A stretch of DNA of 61,438 nucleotides from a bacterium (GCA_021160245.1 JAGHCW010000202.1:1-61438); one strand, 5' to 3'; shown: positions 8,954-19,480, counted from the stretch's first letter. Notes: generated from the letters alone by a model not told the origin. Translations and numbers: made by a program.

Positions 8954-9400
8954 TTATTCGGACGGCTCTTTGGGCAGAGCATCGTCTAGGGAGTTGATTG
9001 TCATGCGTCCATGGTATTTGCCATCAACGACGATTACCGGAGCAAGCGCACACGCGCCCAGACAATTCACTGATTCAACCTGATATTCGCTTCTCAGCCA
9101 CTCAGATGCCTCAAATCTCCGCTCGATCTCCGCAAATATCTTCGGGGCGCCCCTGACATGGCACGCAGTCCCCAGACAGACGCAGACTTCCCGCTTTTTG
9201 GGCGTGAGGCTGAATGATTGAAAGAACGTTGCTGTGGAGTAAACCTCAGATAGCGAGATATTGAGCCGCTGAGCTACTCTCCGGAGAGCGTCCTCAGGCA
9301 AGTGCCTGTATTCGGACTGAATGTCCTGAAGAATCGCGATTAGCGATGATTTGCTGCTTCCATAACTCTCAATGATCTCATCAACCTCTCGTGCGCTCAT
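8954..9400 (-). CDS. NuoE/HydC-type thioredoxin-like [2Fe-2S] subunit
   Basis: 148 aa. Motifs: CLGTACHVRGA and VNCLGACALAPVIVVDG. First gene of the minus-strand operon; RBS AGAGGAGA. Confidence 0.9.
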   Translation of the reverse strand: MSAREVDEIIESYGSSKSSLIAILQDIQSEYRHLPEDALRRVAQRLNISLSEVYSTATFFQSFSLTPKKREVCVCLGTACHVRGAPKIFAEIERRFEASEWLRSEYQVESVNCLGACALAPVIVVDGKYHGRMTINSLDDALPKEPSE

Positions 9401-9872
9401 AGTCGCTCAGTCTCCTCTATATTAACCATATCTCGAAATACTGTCCCAAGACCACAATATCATCTAGACAACGGCGCGGCAAATTAACACGCCCAATGCA
9501 CTCGCGTCAAGCTTGATTACACGAGGAGTCTCCGTTCGAAGGAAACAGATAAGAAACAGGACTGGAAGTAAATGAGACGGATAGGATGGTTGCTGCTTGA
9601 ATAGTCGTAGGCGGAAGCCTACGGATTCGGATTGCGCCGGTATCCTCCTTGGGGCGGGTCGACTTATTAGACACCCTCGGAAGCCTACGGCTACTATCGT
9701 CAATCCCTTTCAGAGATACAGGAAGAATGCCTTCAATGAGGCATCTCCGAAAACGAATACGAAAACTCCTCCTCCTTGACCCTTGATACTCTGATGATGC
9801 TGAGTATTCTTGGAACCTCTAGTTGCGCCCAGAGGCGCAATACGTCGAACAGAGAATTTCTGAAGGACGAAC

Positions 9873-11102
9873 ATGATACTCAAGGAACCGATACTCGTGG
9901 GCCTAACGCAGCTTTCGGCGAACAAGCTGCGGTCGTTTCTGACTATGCTTGGGATTCTGATCGGCGTTGGCTCCGTAGTAGGCATCGTCTCGATCTCCGA
10001 CGGCGCACGGGAGATGCTGCGCACGGAGATGGACAAGATCGGCGGCAGCAACTTGATGTGGATATCTCCGCCTCATCGCTGGGTGAAGCGCGACGGAAGA
10101 TGGCAGAGGCGCAAGTATGACGCCTATTTGGACAACAAGGATGTCCAGCGCATCAGAAATTGCAGCGAGCACATCAAGGACATCCAGCCGGTTGTGAATG
10201 TGTCTGGCAACGCGACCCACAGGCGGAATACGTCAAGCTGTCAGATACGCGGAACGTCGCCGGAGGCTCTACGGGCTATGGACTGGAAACCAACGAGCGG
10301 CCGGTTCTTCTCCGAGCGGGACTACGCCTCGTGGAGAAAGGTCTGCGTGATTGGCAATGAAGTTTACGACGACCTGTTTCCCAACGGTGAGGATGCAATC
10401 GGCAAGGATATAGAGCTTGCAGGAGTTCGCTTTGTGGTTGTCGGCGTTATGGAGGAGAAGAGAGTTTTCGGCGATAATTGGGGCTACAGGGTTATGATGC
10501 CTTCCACAACAGCCCAGCACAGAATGCGCGGCACCGATAGAATCAATTTCATGCTCGTTCATGTCGATTCCAGTCTCAACGTCAAGAAGGTCGAGCGCAA
10601 GATCACATCCCTGTTGAAGCGAACAAAACTCCATGGCGAGGAATACCGCGTCCAGAGCGCACAGACGGAAATAGCCAAAGTTGAGGAAGCTTTGTCGGTC
10701 GCAAAGCTCATAACGGGGGGGATAGCTGCCATTTCGCTGATTGTGGGTGGCGTCGGCATCATGAACATAATGCTCGTCTCGGTTGCGGAGCGCACACGAG
10801 AGATTGGCCTGCGAAAGGCCGTCGGAGCGCAGAATACGCACATCTTCTTTCAGTTCCTAATCGAGGCGATAATTCTCTGCATTCTCGGGTGCATCGTGGG
10901 GATTGGCGTCGGCTTTGCTCTTGGAATGGGCATCGCGGCGGGCATATCAAAAGCGGCTGACATGGAGTTCATCAGCATAATATCTGCAAAGGCTATGCTT
11001 CTCGCCGTGGCTTATTCGGTTGCCATCGGCTTAATAGCGGGCGTTTTACCGGCCATCAGGGCATCGAGGCTCAATCCAGTCGAGGCGCTTCGCTACGAGT
11101 AA
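9873..11102 (+). CDS. ABC transporter permease, MacB/FtsX family (no adjacent ATPase gene)
   Basis: 409 aa. N-terminal TM KLRSFLTMLGILIGVGSVV, a large periplasmic domain, and a C-terminal FtsX-like 3-TM region with ERTREIGLRKAVGA. Confidence 0.85.
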   Translation: MILKEPILVGLTQLSANKLRSFLTMLGILIGVGSVVGIVSISDGAREMLRTEMDKIGGSNLMWISPPHRWVKRDGRWQRRKYDAYLDNKDVQRIRNCSEHIKDIQPVVNVSGNATHRRNTSSCQIRGTSPEALRAMDWKPTSGRFFSERDYASWRKVCVIGNEVYDDLFPNGEDAIGKDIELAGVRFVVVGVMEEKRVFGDNWGYRVMMPSTTAQHRMRGTDRINFMLVHVDSSLNVKKVERKITSLLKRTKLHGEEYRVQSAQTEIAKVEEALSVAKLITGGIAAISLIVGGVGIMNIMLVSVAERTREIGLRKAVGAQNTHIFFQFLIEAIILCILGCIVGIGVGFALGMGIAAGISKAADMEFISIISAKAMLLAVAYSVAIGLIAGVLPAIRASRLNPVEALRYE

Positions 11103-11137
11103 AGGCACAGGCTCGTTTCTATGATCGTGGGACTGGC

Positions 11138-11213
11138 GTAGGACGGGCTTTCCAGCCTGTCCATCGGTGTAAAATACGTGCAATTATGTGTCAGGCTGGA
11201 AAGCCCACCCTAC
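11138..11213. repeat. long imperfect palindrome (22-nt arms, 32-nt spacer), REP-like
   Basis: GTAGGACGGGCTTTCCAGCCTG (11138-11159) against CAGGCTGGAAAGCCCACCCTAC (11192-11213). There are 20/22 complementary positions, including a perfect 15-mer core. Confidence 0.8.
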
Positions 11214-11229
11214 ACTTCAAAGCGAGAAA

Positions 11230-13200
11230 ATGACGAAGACGATAAAGGCTGGCATTGATACCGGGGGCACCTTCACGGATATTATCCTGAGTCGCGGAGC
11301 GGAGTTACTCATCAAGAAGATTCCGTCGAGGCAGGATGCTCCCGAGCGAGCGATAGCGGATGGCCTTTCACAGCTAGTTCAGGATGGCGAACGGGGCGCG
11401 ATCGTTCACGGCACGACTATCGCCACAAATGCGCTCTTATCGCGAACGGGAGCGAGGACCGCGCTCGTCACAACGGAAGGTTTTGAGGACCTCCTGGAAA
11501 TCGGGCGGCAGAATAGGCCGAAACTCTATGACTTCTTCGCTCGAAAGCCAAAACCACTGGCGCCCAGAGAAATGGTATTTGGGGCAAGCGAGCGGACGCT
11601 TTACACTGGAGATATCGAAAAGGCGCTATCAGAGGAATCGCTTCAAAAGCTCAAGAGTGAGCTTGCAGCCTCTGGCGCCGAGTCCATTGCGGTCTGTCTA
11701 CTATTCTCGTATGCAAATGCCCAAAACGAGAGGATCATTCGTGAGACGCTTGCCGGTATTGACGCGTTCATCTCCATCTCATCTGAGGTCCTACCCGCGT
11801 ACCGTGAATATGAGCGTCTGAGCACGACTGTTGTGAATGCGTACGTCGCGCCGTCAGTTGTCCGCTATCTTGAGCGGCTTCAGTCTGCGCTCAATGGCTG
11901 GAAGGTTCTGATAATGCAGTCCAACGGCGGCTCTCTCTCCGTCTCTGCCACCTGTAAGAGGCCTGTCGTTACGATTCTCTCAGGCCCAGCAGGAGGCGCG
12001 ATTGCTGCCAAGCGAATCGCCGAGGAGAGAGAGGACCCCAAGATCATCTCATTCGACATGGGAGGCACATCGACGGATGTCTCGCTCATCTCAGGTGGAT
12101 TAACCTGGGGCACGGAGACGAGTATATCCGGCTGCCCAATTGCCATTCCAGTGATTGACATCAAGACCGTCGGCGCCGGTGGTGGCTCGATTGCCTACCT
12201 TGATGAAGGAGGCGCGCTTCGAGTTGGGCCCAAGAGCGCAGGCGCGGACCCGGGGCCGGCCTGCTACGGCAAGGGCGATTTGCCGACCGTTACGGACGCG
12301 AATCTTGTGCTGGGGAGGATTTCCCCGGAGTGGTTCCTCGGCGGGGAGTTTGAGATTGATGCAAAGCGCGGAGAGCGGGCGATCGGCAAGCTCGCGGCCG
12401 AGATGAGCATCCCGATTGCGGCCGCCGCAGAGGGTATAGTCCGTGTCGCGAACGCCACAATGCAGCGCGCCCTTTCCGTCGTCTCCGTTCAACAGGGCTT
12501 TGACCCGCGCGAGTTCTCAATCGTCGCGTTCGGCGGCGCCGGGCCGGTTCACGCATGTGATCTCTGCCGTGCCATCGGCGCTGTATCCGTGATTGTCCCT
12601 CGAAATCCCGGCCTTCTCTCTGCAATCGGGATGCTCCGGTCGGACATGCTCAGGGACTATAAGAAGAGCATCCTGATTCCGGCATCTTTTGAGTCGCTTG
12701 CTGCGCTTTGGTCTGAGTTTGCCAAGCTCGAGGCCGAGGCATCGATTGACCTTCAGGCCGAAAGTAATACCGTTCGTTTCAAGAGGCGCCTCGAGATGCG
12801 CTATATCGGCCAGTCTCATGAGATCGATCTTGAGTTCTCGGAGAAGTTCTTGGAGACGTTCGATACCGTTTACATGCAGAAATACGGCTATCTGAATCCT
12901 GATAAGCAGAAGGAGATCGTGAGCATTCGGCTGATGGCAATTGTGCCAAGCGATGTCTCGGCGCTCGAAGAAACCCCAAACTGCGAGCCCGATGGCCACG
13001 ATCCGCGCATCGGCAGTCAGCGAGTCATTGAGAACGGACAGGCAATCGACGCCGCCCTATACCGTCGCGATTGGTTGAGTCTGGGCGATAGTTTTTGTGG
13101 TCCGGCAGTGATTGTCGAATACTCCGCCACCACCTACCTCCCGTCCGATTTCTCGTGCGAGGTCGATCGCCTCGGCAATCTCGTGCTAATCCCCAAATAG
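11230..13200 (+). CDS. hydantoinase/oxoprolinase family protein (HyuA-like, ASKHA fold)
   Basis: ORF 11188..13200. Start moved to ATG 11230 (MTKTIKAGIDTGGTFTDI); FDMGGTSTDVSLI. The upstream part of the ORF lies inside the palindromic repeat. Confidence 0.85.
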   Translation: MTKTIKAGIDTGGTFTDIILSRGAELLIKKIPSRQDAPERAIADGLSQLVQDGERGAIVHGTTIATNALLSRTGARTALVTTEGFEDLLEIGRQNRPKLYDFFARKPKPLAPREMVFGASERTLYTGDIEKALSEESLQKLKSELAASGAESIAVCLLFSYANAQNERIIRETLAGIDAFISISSEVLPAYREYERLSTTVVNAYVAPSVVRYLERLQSALNGWKVLIMQSNGGSLSVSATCKRPVVTILSGPAGGAIAAKRIAEEREDPKIISFDMGGTSTDVSLISGGLTWGTETSISGCPIAIPVIDIKTVGAGGGSIAYLDEGGALRVGPKSAGADPGPACYGKGDLPTVTDANLVLGRISPEWFLGGEFEIDAKRGERAIGKLAAEMSIPIAAAAEGIVRVANATMQRALSVVSVQQGFDPREFSIVAFGGAGPVHACDLCRAIGAVSVIVPRNPGLLSAIGMLRSDMLRDYKKSILIPASFESLAALWSEFAKLEAEASIDLQAESNTVRFKRRLEMRYIGQSHEIDLEFSEKFLETFDTVYMQKYGYLNPDKQKEIVSIRLMAIVPSDVSALEETPNCEPDGHDPRIGSQRVIENGQAIDAALYRRDWLSLGDSFCGPAVIVEYSATTYLPSDFSCEVDRLGNLVLIPK

Positions 13201-13225
13201 CGGCACATTCGCCCTATCGGCCAGC

Positions 13226-14152
13226 CTATTCCGGTGGCACGAGGCCTTCTGCTTGCTGACGGCGGATGACAAACCACATCCAGTGAAAATTGTCGGGATA
13301 CTTCACCGCATATTCCTCGACAATTGTCATCAGCGATCTCGTGTTGCCATCAATCATCTGTTGCTTGTCGGCGAGCTGCTCTATCTTCAACGGTGGCCTT
13401 ATCTCTATCCGATGAGTATCACTATCGGTCCGGAAAATGAAGGCCGGCACAAGCGCCGCGCCAGTTGCGAGCGCCAATCGGACGGGCGATGCCGACACCA
13501 TGACTTTACCGCCCAGGAATCTTGTCCACGTCCCCTTTGAGGCGCCAAAAGCCGTTGGCGATATCTGAAGAACCTCATTGCTCTTTAGCGCGTTGAACAT
13601 CCAGCGAGGCGACATGTCGGGGTATCCAACGTTGTGCCATTTGAGCGAGGTTTCGAGTATCATGCCTCTCACTGCATCCGAGGCGTCGAGATAGCGAGAA
13701 GATATGACGTTCATCGGGTAGCCCTTGATGGCGAGGGCAATGTGAAGCAGTTTTGCGTTACCAAAGTGGGGAACCGCAAGAACAACACCTTTGCCTGCTT
13801 TGAGGCAATCGTCAAGCGTGTCCAGGCCATCGAACTTCACAAAATCGTCGATGTTGTCCTTCGTGAGCGTCCGCATGACGAACAATTCCAGAAAGGCTTT
13901 TTCGTGGTCGATCCAGAAGTTCTTGAGTATCTCCCGCCTTCTCAGCTCGGTGAGATTCGGCAGCGCCTCCCTGAGGTATTTTAGGTACCAGCGTTTGGAG
14001 CGCATCTTACCGACATAGCCGATGCGGTATCTGATTCTGCCCAAGAGCGACCCCACCCTAAAGAGGAGTCGCCTATTGGGCAAAATTGTCTTCGATAGCG
14101 CCGAAAAGCACTTGTAATAGGCGGTTCTTCCGCATCGCGCAATGGTACTCAA
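13226..14152 (-). CDS. lysophospholipid/lipid A-type acyltransferase (LpxL/HtrB-like family)
   Basis: 308 aa. The overall layout resembles lauroyl/myristoyl acyltransferases (...GKGVVLAVPHFGN...). The family call is by eye only. Confidence 0.55.
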   Translation of the reverse strand: MSTIARCGRTAYYKCFSALSKTILPNRRLLFRVGSLLGRIRYRIGYVGKMRSKRWYLKYLREALPNLTELRRREILKNFWIDHEKAFLELFVMRTLTKDNIDDFVKFDGLDTLDDCLKAGKGVVLAVPHFGNAKLLHIALAIKGYPMNVISSRYLDASDAVRGMILETSLKWHNVGYPDMSPRWMFNALKSNEVLQISPTAFGASKGTWTRFLGGKVMVSASPVRLALATGAALVPAFIFRTDSDTHRIEIRPPLKIEQLADKQQMIDGNTRSLMTIVEEYAVKYPDNFHWMWFVIRRQQAEGLVPPE

Positions 14153-14246
14153 GCGGAAAACTTCCCCGCCTCGACCGTGCGTGCGCCTCGTCTCAATATC
14201 AACTCATGTCCCTTCGCGCTGCCACAGTTTGCCGAGCTTCGTCCTG

Positions 14247-16673
14247 CTAGCTTTCCTTTTGGCCGCCTTGCAGCTCCTCGATGCGTGAGGTTTTGAAGGC
14301 GCAATCCTTGCTATCGCACATATATCGCGGCTGATCGCTGCCCCTGTCAAACTTGGTGATCATCAAGCCACCGCACTTTGGACACTTCTCCACAATGGGC
14401 TTATCCCAGACGGCGAACTTGCAGTTTGGGTATTCGCTGCAACCATAGAATATCTTCCCTTTGCGGGTTCTCTTCTCAGTTATATAGCCTTTGCAGCCTT
14501 CTCTGGGGCACGATACTCCAATGCTGATCGACTTGGTGAATTTGCACTTGGGGTATGCGGAACATGCAAGGAATTTGCCGCTACGGCCGAGCTTGACGAC
14601 AAGTTTCGAGCCGCATTCCGGGCATTTCTCGTCCACTTCTTCCATCTTGACAATGACCATCTCCCCCGTCTCCTCATCCATTCTGACGGGCTTGGTGTTG
14701 CGGCAGTCAGGATATCCAGAACATGCAAGGAAACTGCCATATCTCGATTGCTTGAGAACCATCTCGCGATTGCACTTCTCACAGACCACCTTGGTCTTCT
14801 TGGGTTCCACCACCTTGAGATTACCGAGCGTGTCGTAAATGACATCCTTGGCCTCTTTGCACTTCGGATAGGCTGAACAAGAGAGGAACCAGCCCTTGCG
14901 TCTGCTCCACTTCAGCATCATTTTAGAACCACACTTCTCACAAGTGTACTTCGTCTCTTGCTGAGGCACAGACATGTTCTTCTCGGCCAGTTTCAGCTGT
15001 TTGGAGAACTCCTTATAGAACAAGCCGACCGCTTCCTTCCAGTCAAGCTTGCCTTCCTCGACCATATCCAACTTCTTTTCCATATCGGCCGTGAAGGATA
15101 TGTCCATCACCTGCGAGAAGTTGGCTATCAACAGGCGATTGACAAGAAGCCCAAGAGGCGTGGCCTTGAAGGCGCGTTTCTCCATCTGGACGTAGTCCCG
15201 CATCTTTATTGTATTCATGATCATTGCATAAGTACTCGGCCTTCCGATGCCGTTCTCAACCAGGGCCTTGATGAGCGTGCTCTCCGTATATCGCGGAGGA
15301 GGCTCGGTAAAGTGCTGCTTCTGCTCAAGCTCTTTAAGATCCAGCTCATCACCCTCCTCAAGCGGCGGAAGCATCTGGTCCTTTTGCAGACGTTTGTGAT
15401 GATTCTGCTCCTCAAAAACGTGCTGGAAACCGGAGAACGTCCTGATCGAGCCTTGCGCCTTCAATGAGCACTCGCCAGCCTTGATCTCAACCGTCGTCTT
15501 ATCAAACACGGCCGGTGTCATCTGACTTGCTGCGAAGTACGTCCAGATCAGCTTATACAGCCGGAATTGGTCCTTTGAAAGGCAGTCCTTAAGCAACTCT
15601 GGTCTTCGCTTGACATCCGTGGGCCTTATCGCCTCATGCGCATCTTGTGCCCCCTTTGGTGACCCGTAGAAGTTGGGTTTGCTCGGAAGGTACTCGCTGC
15701 CATACTTGGACAAAATAACGTCCCGAACATCGTCAAGCGCATCTTTTGAAACGCGGGTTGAATCCGTTCTCATGTAGGTTATGAGACCGACGAGTCCGTC
15801 CTCCCCCAAATCCACGCCTTCATAGAGGCTTTGTGCAAGCTCCATAGTCGTCCTGGCGGCCAATCGCAAGTCCGATGAGGCAACCTGTTGAAGCGTGCTT
15901 GTGATCAACGGGGCAGAGGGTTTCTGCTTCTTCTCAGTCTTTTTGACCTTTGAAATGACCAGATCGGCGCCCTTGATGATGTCGTACGCCTTTTGCGCCG
16001 CCTTAGCGTTAGGTAGCTTGGCGACTTTTTTCCCTATCTTGTGCAGCTCCGCCTGGAATTCCTTCTCGGATTTCGTTGTTAAAACCGCACCTATCGACCA
16101 ATACTCCTCGGGCTCGAACGCACTGATAGCAGCTTCGCGATCGCAGATAACCCGAAGCGCCACGGACTGGACCCTACCGGCGCTAAGTCCCTTACGGACC
16201 TTCTGACCCAGTAGCGGACTTATCTGATAGCCGACAAGCCGGTCGAGGATGCGCCGGGCCTGCTGGGCGTTCACCCTGTTCAGGTCAATCTTGATGGGAT
16301 TTTGCATCCCCTTCTCAATCCCGGCTCTTGTGATCTCAGTGAAAAGGACCCTCTGAACGCGGTCATCCTCACATCCAAGCTCCTGAAAGAGGTGCCAGCA
16401 GATAGCCTCGCCCTCACGGTCAGGATCAGCTGCAAGATAGACTTTATCGATTTTTTTACAGGTAGCTTTGAGATCACGTATTGTCGGAACCTTGTCCTTG
16501 ACAACCTCGTATTCGGGAGTGAAATCGTGGGTAACATCTACACCCAGAGACTTCAACGGAAGGTCCTTGATGTGCCCTGACGATGACTTCACAATGAAGC
16601 CATCGCCAAGATACCGATTTATAGTCTTTGCCTTTGCCGGTGACTCAACAATCACCAGTGACTTCTTCGCCAT
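14247..16673 (-). CDS. topA: DNA topoisomerase I
   Basis: 808 aa. TOPRIM LVIVESPAKAKTI, active-site region ITYMRTDS, and four C-terminal Zn ribbons (CEKCGS...CSAYPKC and similar). Confidence 0.97.
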   Translation of the reverse strand: MAKKSLVIVESPAKAKTINRYLGDGFIVKSSSGHIKDLPLKSLGVDVTHDFTPEYEVVKDKVPTIRDLKATCKKIDKVYLAADPDREGEAICWHLFQELGCEDDRVQRVLFTEITRAGIEKGMQNPIKIDLNRVNAQQARRILDRLVGYQISPLLGQKVRKGLSAGRVQSVALRVICDREAAISAFEPEEYWSIGAVLTTKSEKEFQAELHKIGKKVAKLPNAKAAQKAYDIIKGADLVISKVKKTEKKQKPSAPLITSTLQQVASSDLRLAARTTMELAQSLYEGVDLGEDGLVGLITYMRTDSTRVSKDALDDVRDVILSKYGSEYLPSKPNFYGSPKGAQDAHEAIRPTDVKRRPELLKDCLSKDQFRLYKLIWTYFAASQMTPAVFDKTTVEIKAGECSLKAQGSIRTFSGFQHVFEEQNHHKRLQKDQMLPPLEEGDELDLKELEQKQHFTEPPPRYTESTLIKALVENGIGRPSTYAMIMNTIKMRDYVQMEKRAFKATPLGLLVNRLLIANFSQVMDISFTADMEKKLDMVEEGKLDWKEAVGLFYKEFSKQLKLAEKNMSVPQQETKYTCEKCGSKMMLKWSRRKGWFLSCSAYPKCKEAKDVIYDTLGNLKVVEPKKTKVVCEKCNREMVLKQSRYGSFLACSGYPDCRNTKPVRMDEETGEMVIVKMEEVDEKCPECGSKLVVKLGRSGKFLACSAYPKCKFTKSISIGVSCPREGCKGYITEKRTRKGKIFYGCSEYPNCKFAVWDKPIVEKCPKCGGLMITKFDRGSDQPRYMCDSKDCAFKTSRIEELQGGQKES

Positions 16674-16742
16674 CTCACCTCACTTGGGAAAACATCTGTC
16701 TCTATCTCGAAAGAACCAATTGATCATGTAATGAGCAACCGC

Positions 16743-18017
16743 CTATGTGCCTGTCTCCCAGGCGGCCAAATACTCTACCTGCTCCTCAGTAAGTGTATCT
16801 ATCGAAATGCCCATCGCCTCGAGCTTCATTGAGGCAATGTGCCTGTCGATCTCAAGCGGCACAGGATGAACACCCAGCGCGAGATCGCCCTTGTGTTTAA
16901 CCAGATACTCAGCACAAAGCGCCTGGTTTGCGAAACTCATGTCCATAACGGAAGAGGGATGTCCCTCTGCCGCCGAGAGATTGACCAACCGACCCTCTGC
17001 GAGAAGATAGATGCGCCGGCCATCTTGCAGCTTGAACTCACCGACAGAATCTCTAATCTGTCGCTTCTCAACAGACATCTTCTCCAATGCGTCCAACTCC
17101 AGCTCAATGTCGAAGTGCCCGGTGTTGCAGATGATCGCGCCATCCTTCATCAGCTTGAAATGCTCGCCTCTGATGACGTTGATGTCACCTGTCGCCGTTA
17201 CAAAGAAATCGCCGATGCTCGCGGCCTTCTCAATTGGCATGACCGTGTAACCATCCATGGCGGCCTCAAGAGCCTTAACAGGATCGACCTCAATTACGAT
17301 TACCCGCGCGCCAAGACCCGATGCTCGCATCGCCGCGCCCCGACCGCACCAACCATAACCACAAACCACGAAATCGGTTCCCGCAACCAGTCGATTGGTT
17401 GCCCTGATGATACCGTCAAGTGTGCTCTGGCCCGTGCCGTATCTGTTGTCGAAGAGATGCTTCGTATCGGCATCGTTCACGGCTATTACCGGGTATCTCA
17501 GGGCGCCTGATTTAGCCATGCTTCTAAGTCGAACCACGCCTGTCGTTGTCTCCTCGGTTCCCCCGAGCATATTCGGCAATAAGCTCTGCCCCTCCTTGTG
17601 CAACGTCGAAACCAAATCCGCGCCGTCATCAATTGTGATTACCGGCTTCATGTCCATAATGCTGTGGATATGCTTGTAGTAAGTTTCTCTGTCCTCACCA
17701 TGGATGGCAAATACCGAAACGCCCATATCTCTGGCGATCGCTGCCGCAGCCGCATCCTGCGTGCTAAGTGGGTTTGAGGCGCAGAGGCCAACTGTTGCGC
17801 CGCCGGCCCTTAAGACTCTCATTAGGTTGGCCGTTTCCGTGGTGACATGCAGGCAACATGCAATTGTCACGCCGTTAAAGGGCAGCTCTTTCTTAAACCG
17901 CTCTTCAATCATGTCCAAGACGGGCATCTTCATCCCCGCCCATTCGATGCGAAGCATCCCGTCAGCTGCAAGAGCAATATCCTTAATATCGCTTGGCATT
18001 AGTAGCTTATCCTCCAT
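16743..18017 (-). CDS. ahcY: adenosylhomocysteinase
   Basis: 424 aa. Motifs: [26 protein letters not shown]. Confidence 0.95.
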   Translation of the reverse strand: MEDKLLMPSDIKDIALAADGMLRIEWAGMKMPVLDMIEERFKKELPFNGVTIACCLHVTTETANLMRVLRAGGATVGLCASNPLSTQDAAAAAIARDMGVSVFAIHGEDRETYYKHIHSIMDMKPVITIDDGADLVSTLHKEGQSLLPNMLGGTEETTTGVVRLRSMAKSGALRYPVIAVNDADTKHLFDNRYGTGQSTLDGIIRATNRLVAGTDFVVCGYGWCGRGAAMRASGLGARVIVIEVDPVKALEAAMDGYTVMPIEKAASIGDFFVTATGDINVIRGEHFKLMKDGAIICNTGHFDIELELDALEKMSVEKRQIRDSVGEFKLQDGRRIYLLAEGRLVNLSAAEGHPSSVMDMSFANQALCAEYLVKHKGDLALGVHPVPLEIDRHIASMKLEAMGISIDTLTEEQVEYLAAWETGT

Positions 18018-18051
18018 TCAAGAGTTGTTTGAGTTTCGATTTTAACGTCGC

Positions 18052-19197
18052 TTATACACCACAGGCTTTCTTGAGCTCATCTACCTTGTCAGTTCTCTCC
18101 CACGTGAAGTCGGGGTCTTGCCGACCAAAATGTCCATACGCCGCAGTTTTCTTGTAGATAGGGCGGCGAAGGTCCAACATCTTCATAATGCCCTGTGGTG
18201 TCAGGGCGAAGACCTCAAGTATCGCCTTCTTCAACGTCGGATATGGGACCTTGCCAGTCTGAAACGCATCGACCATCAGCGAGACAGGTTCCGCAACACC
18301 TATTGCATAAGCGATCTGGACCTCGCACTTCGTCGCAAGCCCGGCCGCGACGATGTTCTTTGCGACATACCGAGCCATATAGGAACCGGAGCGATCGACC
18401 TTGGAGGGGTCCTTGCCAGAGAAAGCGCCTCCGCCATGACTCCCGACACCACCATAAGTATCAACTATGATCTTGCGACCGGTGAGGCCTGTATCGGCTC
18501 CGGGGCCTCCAGCAACAAAGCGCCCTGTTGGGTTGATGTGATACTTGGTGTTCTTTCGCAGCTTGGCCGGTATTACGGGTTCAATGACCTTCTCCACTAT
18601 ATCCTCTCTCAATTCCTTGAGCGAGATTTCCGGGCTGTGTTGGGTGGAGATCACGACCGCATCAACCTCGACCGGGCGGTCGTTCTCGTACCTTACTGTA
18701 ACCTGACTCTTGCCGTCCGGCCGGAGATAGTCCAGCACTCTCTGCTTGCGGGCCTCGGCCAGTTGCAGCACGAGCTTATGAGCCATCATGATCGGCATTG
18801 GCATAAGCTCCTCAGTCTCGTCAGTCGCAAAACCAAACATCAGTCCCTGGTCACCCGCACCGCCCGGATCAACGCCCATCGCAATGTCCGGCGACTGCTC
18901 GTGTATAGATGTCAGAACCGAGCACGTCTGGAAATCAAATCCATATTTGGCGTGCGTATATCCGGCGCCCTTGATTGTCTCCCTGACAACGGACGCCACA
19001 TCGGCGTAGCAATTGGTCGTTATCTCTCCTGCAACCAACGCAAGCCCCGTCGTCAATAGAGTCTCGCACGCGACGCGCCCATTCGGGTCACACGCCAATA
19101 TCGTGTCCAGAATGGAATCTGATATCTGATCCGCTAACTTATCAGGATGACCCTCAGTAACTGATTCAGATGTGAACAAAAAGTTGGTTCTCGGCAT
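18052..19197 (-). CDS. metK: S-adenosylmethionine synthetase
   Basis: 381 aa. Motifs: [20 protein letters not shown] and [16 protein letters not shown]. Confidence 0.97.
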   Translation of the reverse strand: MPRTNFLFTSESVTEGHPDKLADQISDSILDTILACDPNGRVACETLLTTGLALVAGEITTNCYADVASVVRETIKGAGYTHAKYGFDFQTCSVLTSIHEQSPDIAMGVDPGGAGDQGLMFGFATDETEELMPMPIMMAHKLVLQLAEARKQRVLDYLRPDGKSQVTVRYENDRPVEVDAVVISTQHSPEISLKELREDIVEKVIEPVIPAKLRKNTKYHINPTGRFVAGGPGADTGLTGRKIIVDTYGGVGSHGGGAFSGKDPSKVDRSGSYMARYVAKNIVAAGLATKCEVQIAYAIGVAEPVSLMVDAFQTGKVPYPTLKKAILEVFALTPQGIMKMLDLRRPIYKKTAAYGHFGRQDPDFTWERTDKVDELKKACGV

Positions 19198-19480
19198 TGC
19201 TATCCTCCAATCAATGCAGTTGTCCTCTCATGTATGGATAGACGCTACCGCCTATCACAGACCGTGTACCTAATCTGACCCAATCACTACCGGGGACAGA
19301 ATGGGGGCACAAAATACCAGCTTAATGCAGGATGTAAAGCACAGATCATCCACCTCGAAGACCTACGATTCATCGAAGCAGCCTTCAGGCTCATCACATT
19401 ATAGGACGCCAAGAAGGGGCTGCTGAGCGGCGCGAAAACCTGCTTGACCTTTCGTCTCTGATATAGCACTATACCAAATT

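Noticed and set aside
10269-10841. 190-aa minus-strand ORF
   Set aside because: It is antisense to the ABC permease gene, whose TM and FtsX motifs are clear.
16839-17510. 223-aa plus-strand ORF
   Set aside because: It is antisense to ahcY, so this is a shadow ORF.
18118-19059. 313-aa plus-strand ORF
   Set aside because: It is antisense to metK, which is unmistakable, so this is a shadow ORF.
19198-19480. Possible SAM or SAH riboswitch upstream of the metK-ahcY genes
   Set aside because: I looked on the minus strand for SAM-I hallmarks (GAGGGA ... GCAACC, kink-turn) and for SAH-element features and found none. Other SAM classes cannot be excluded without an Infernal scan.
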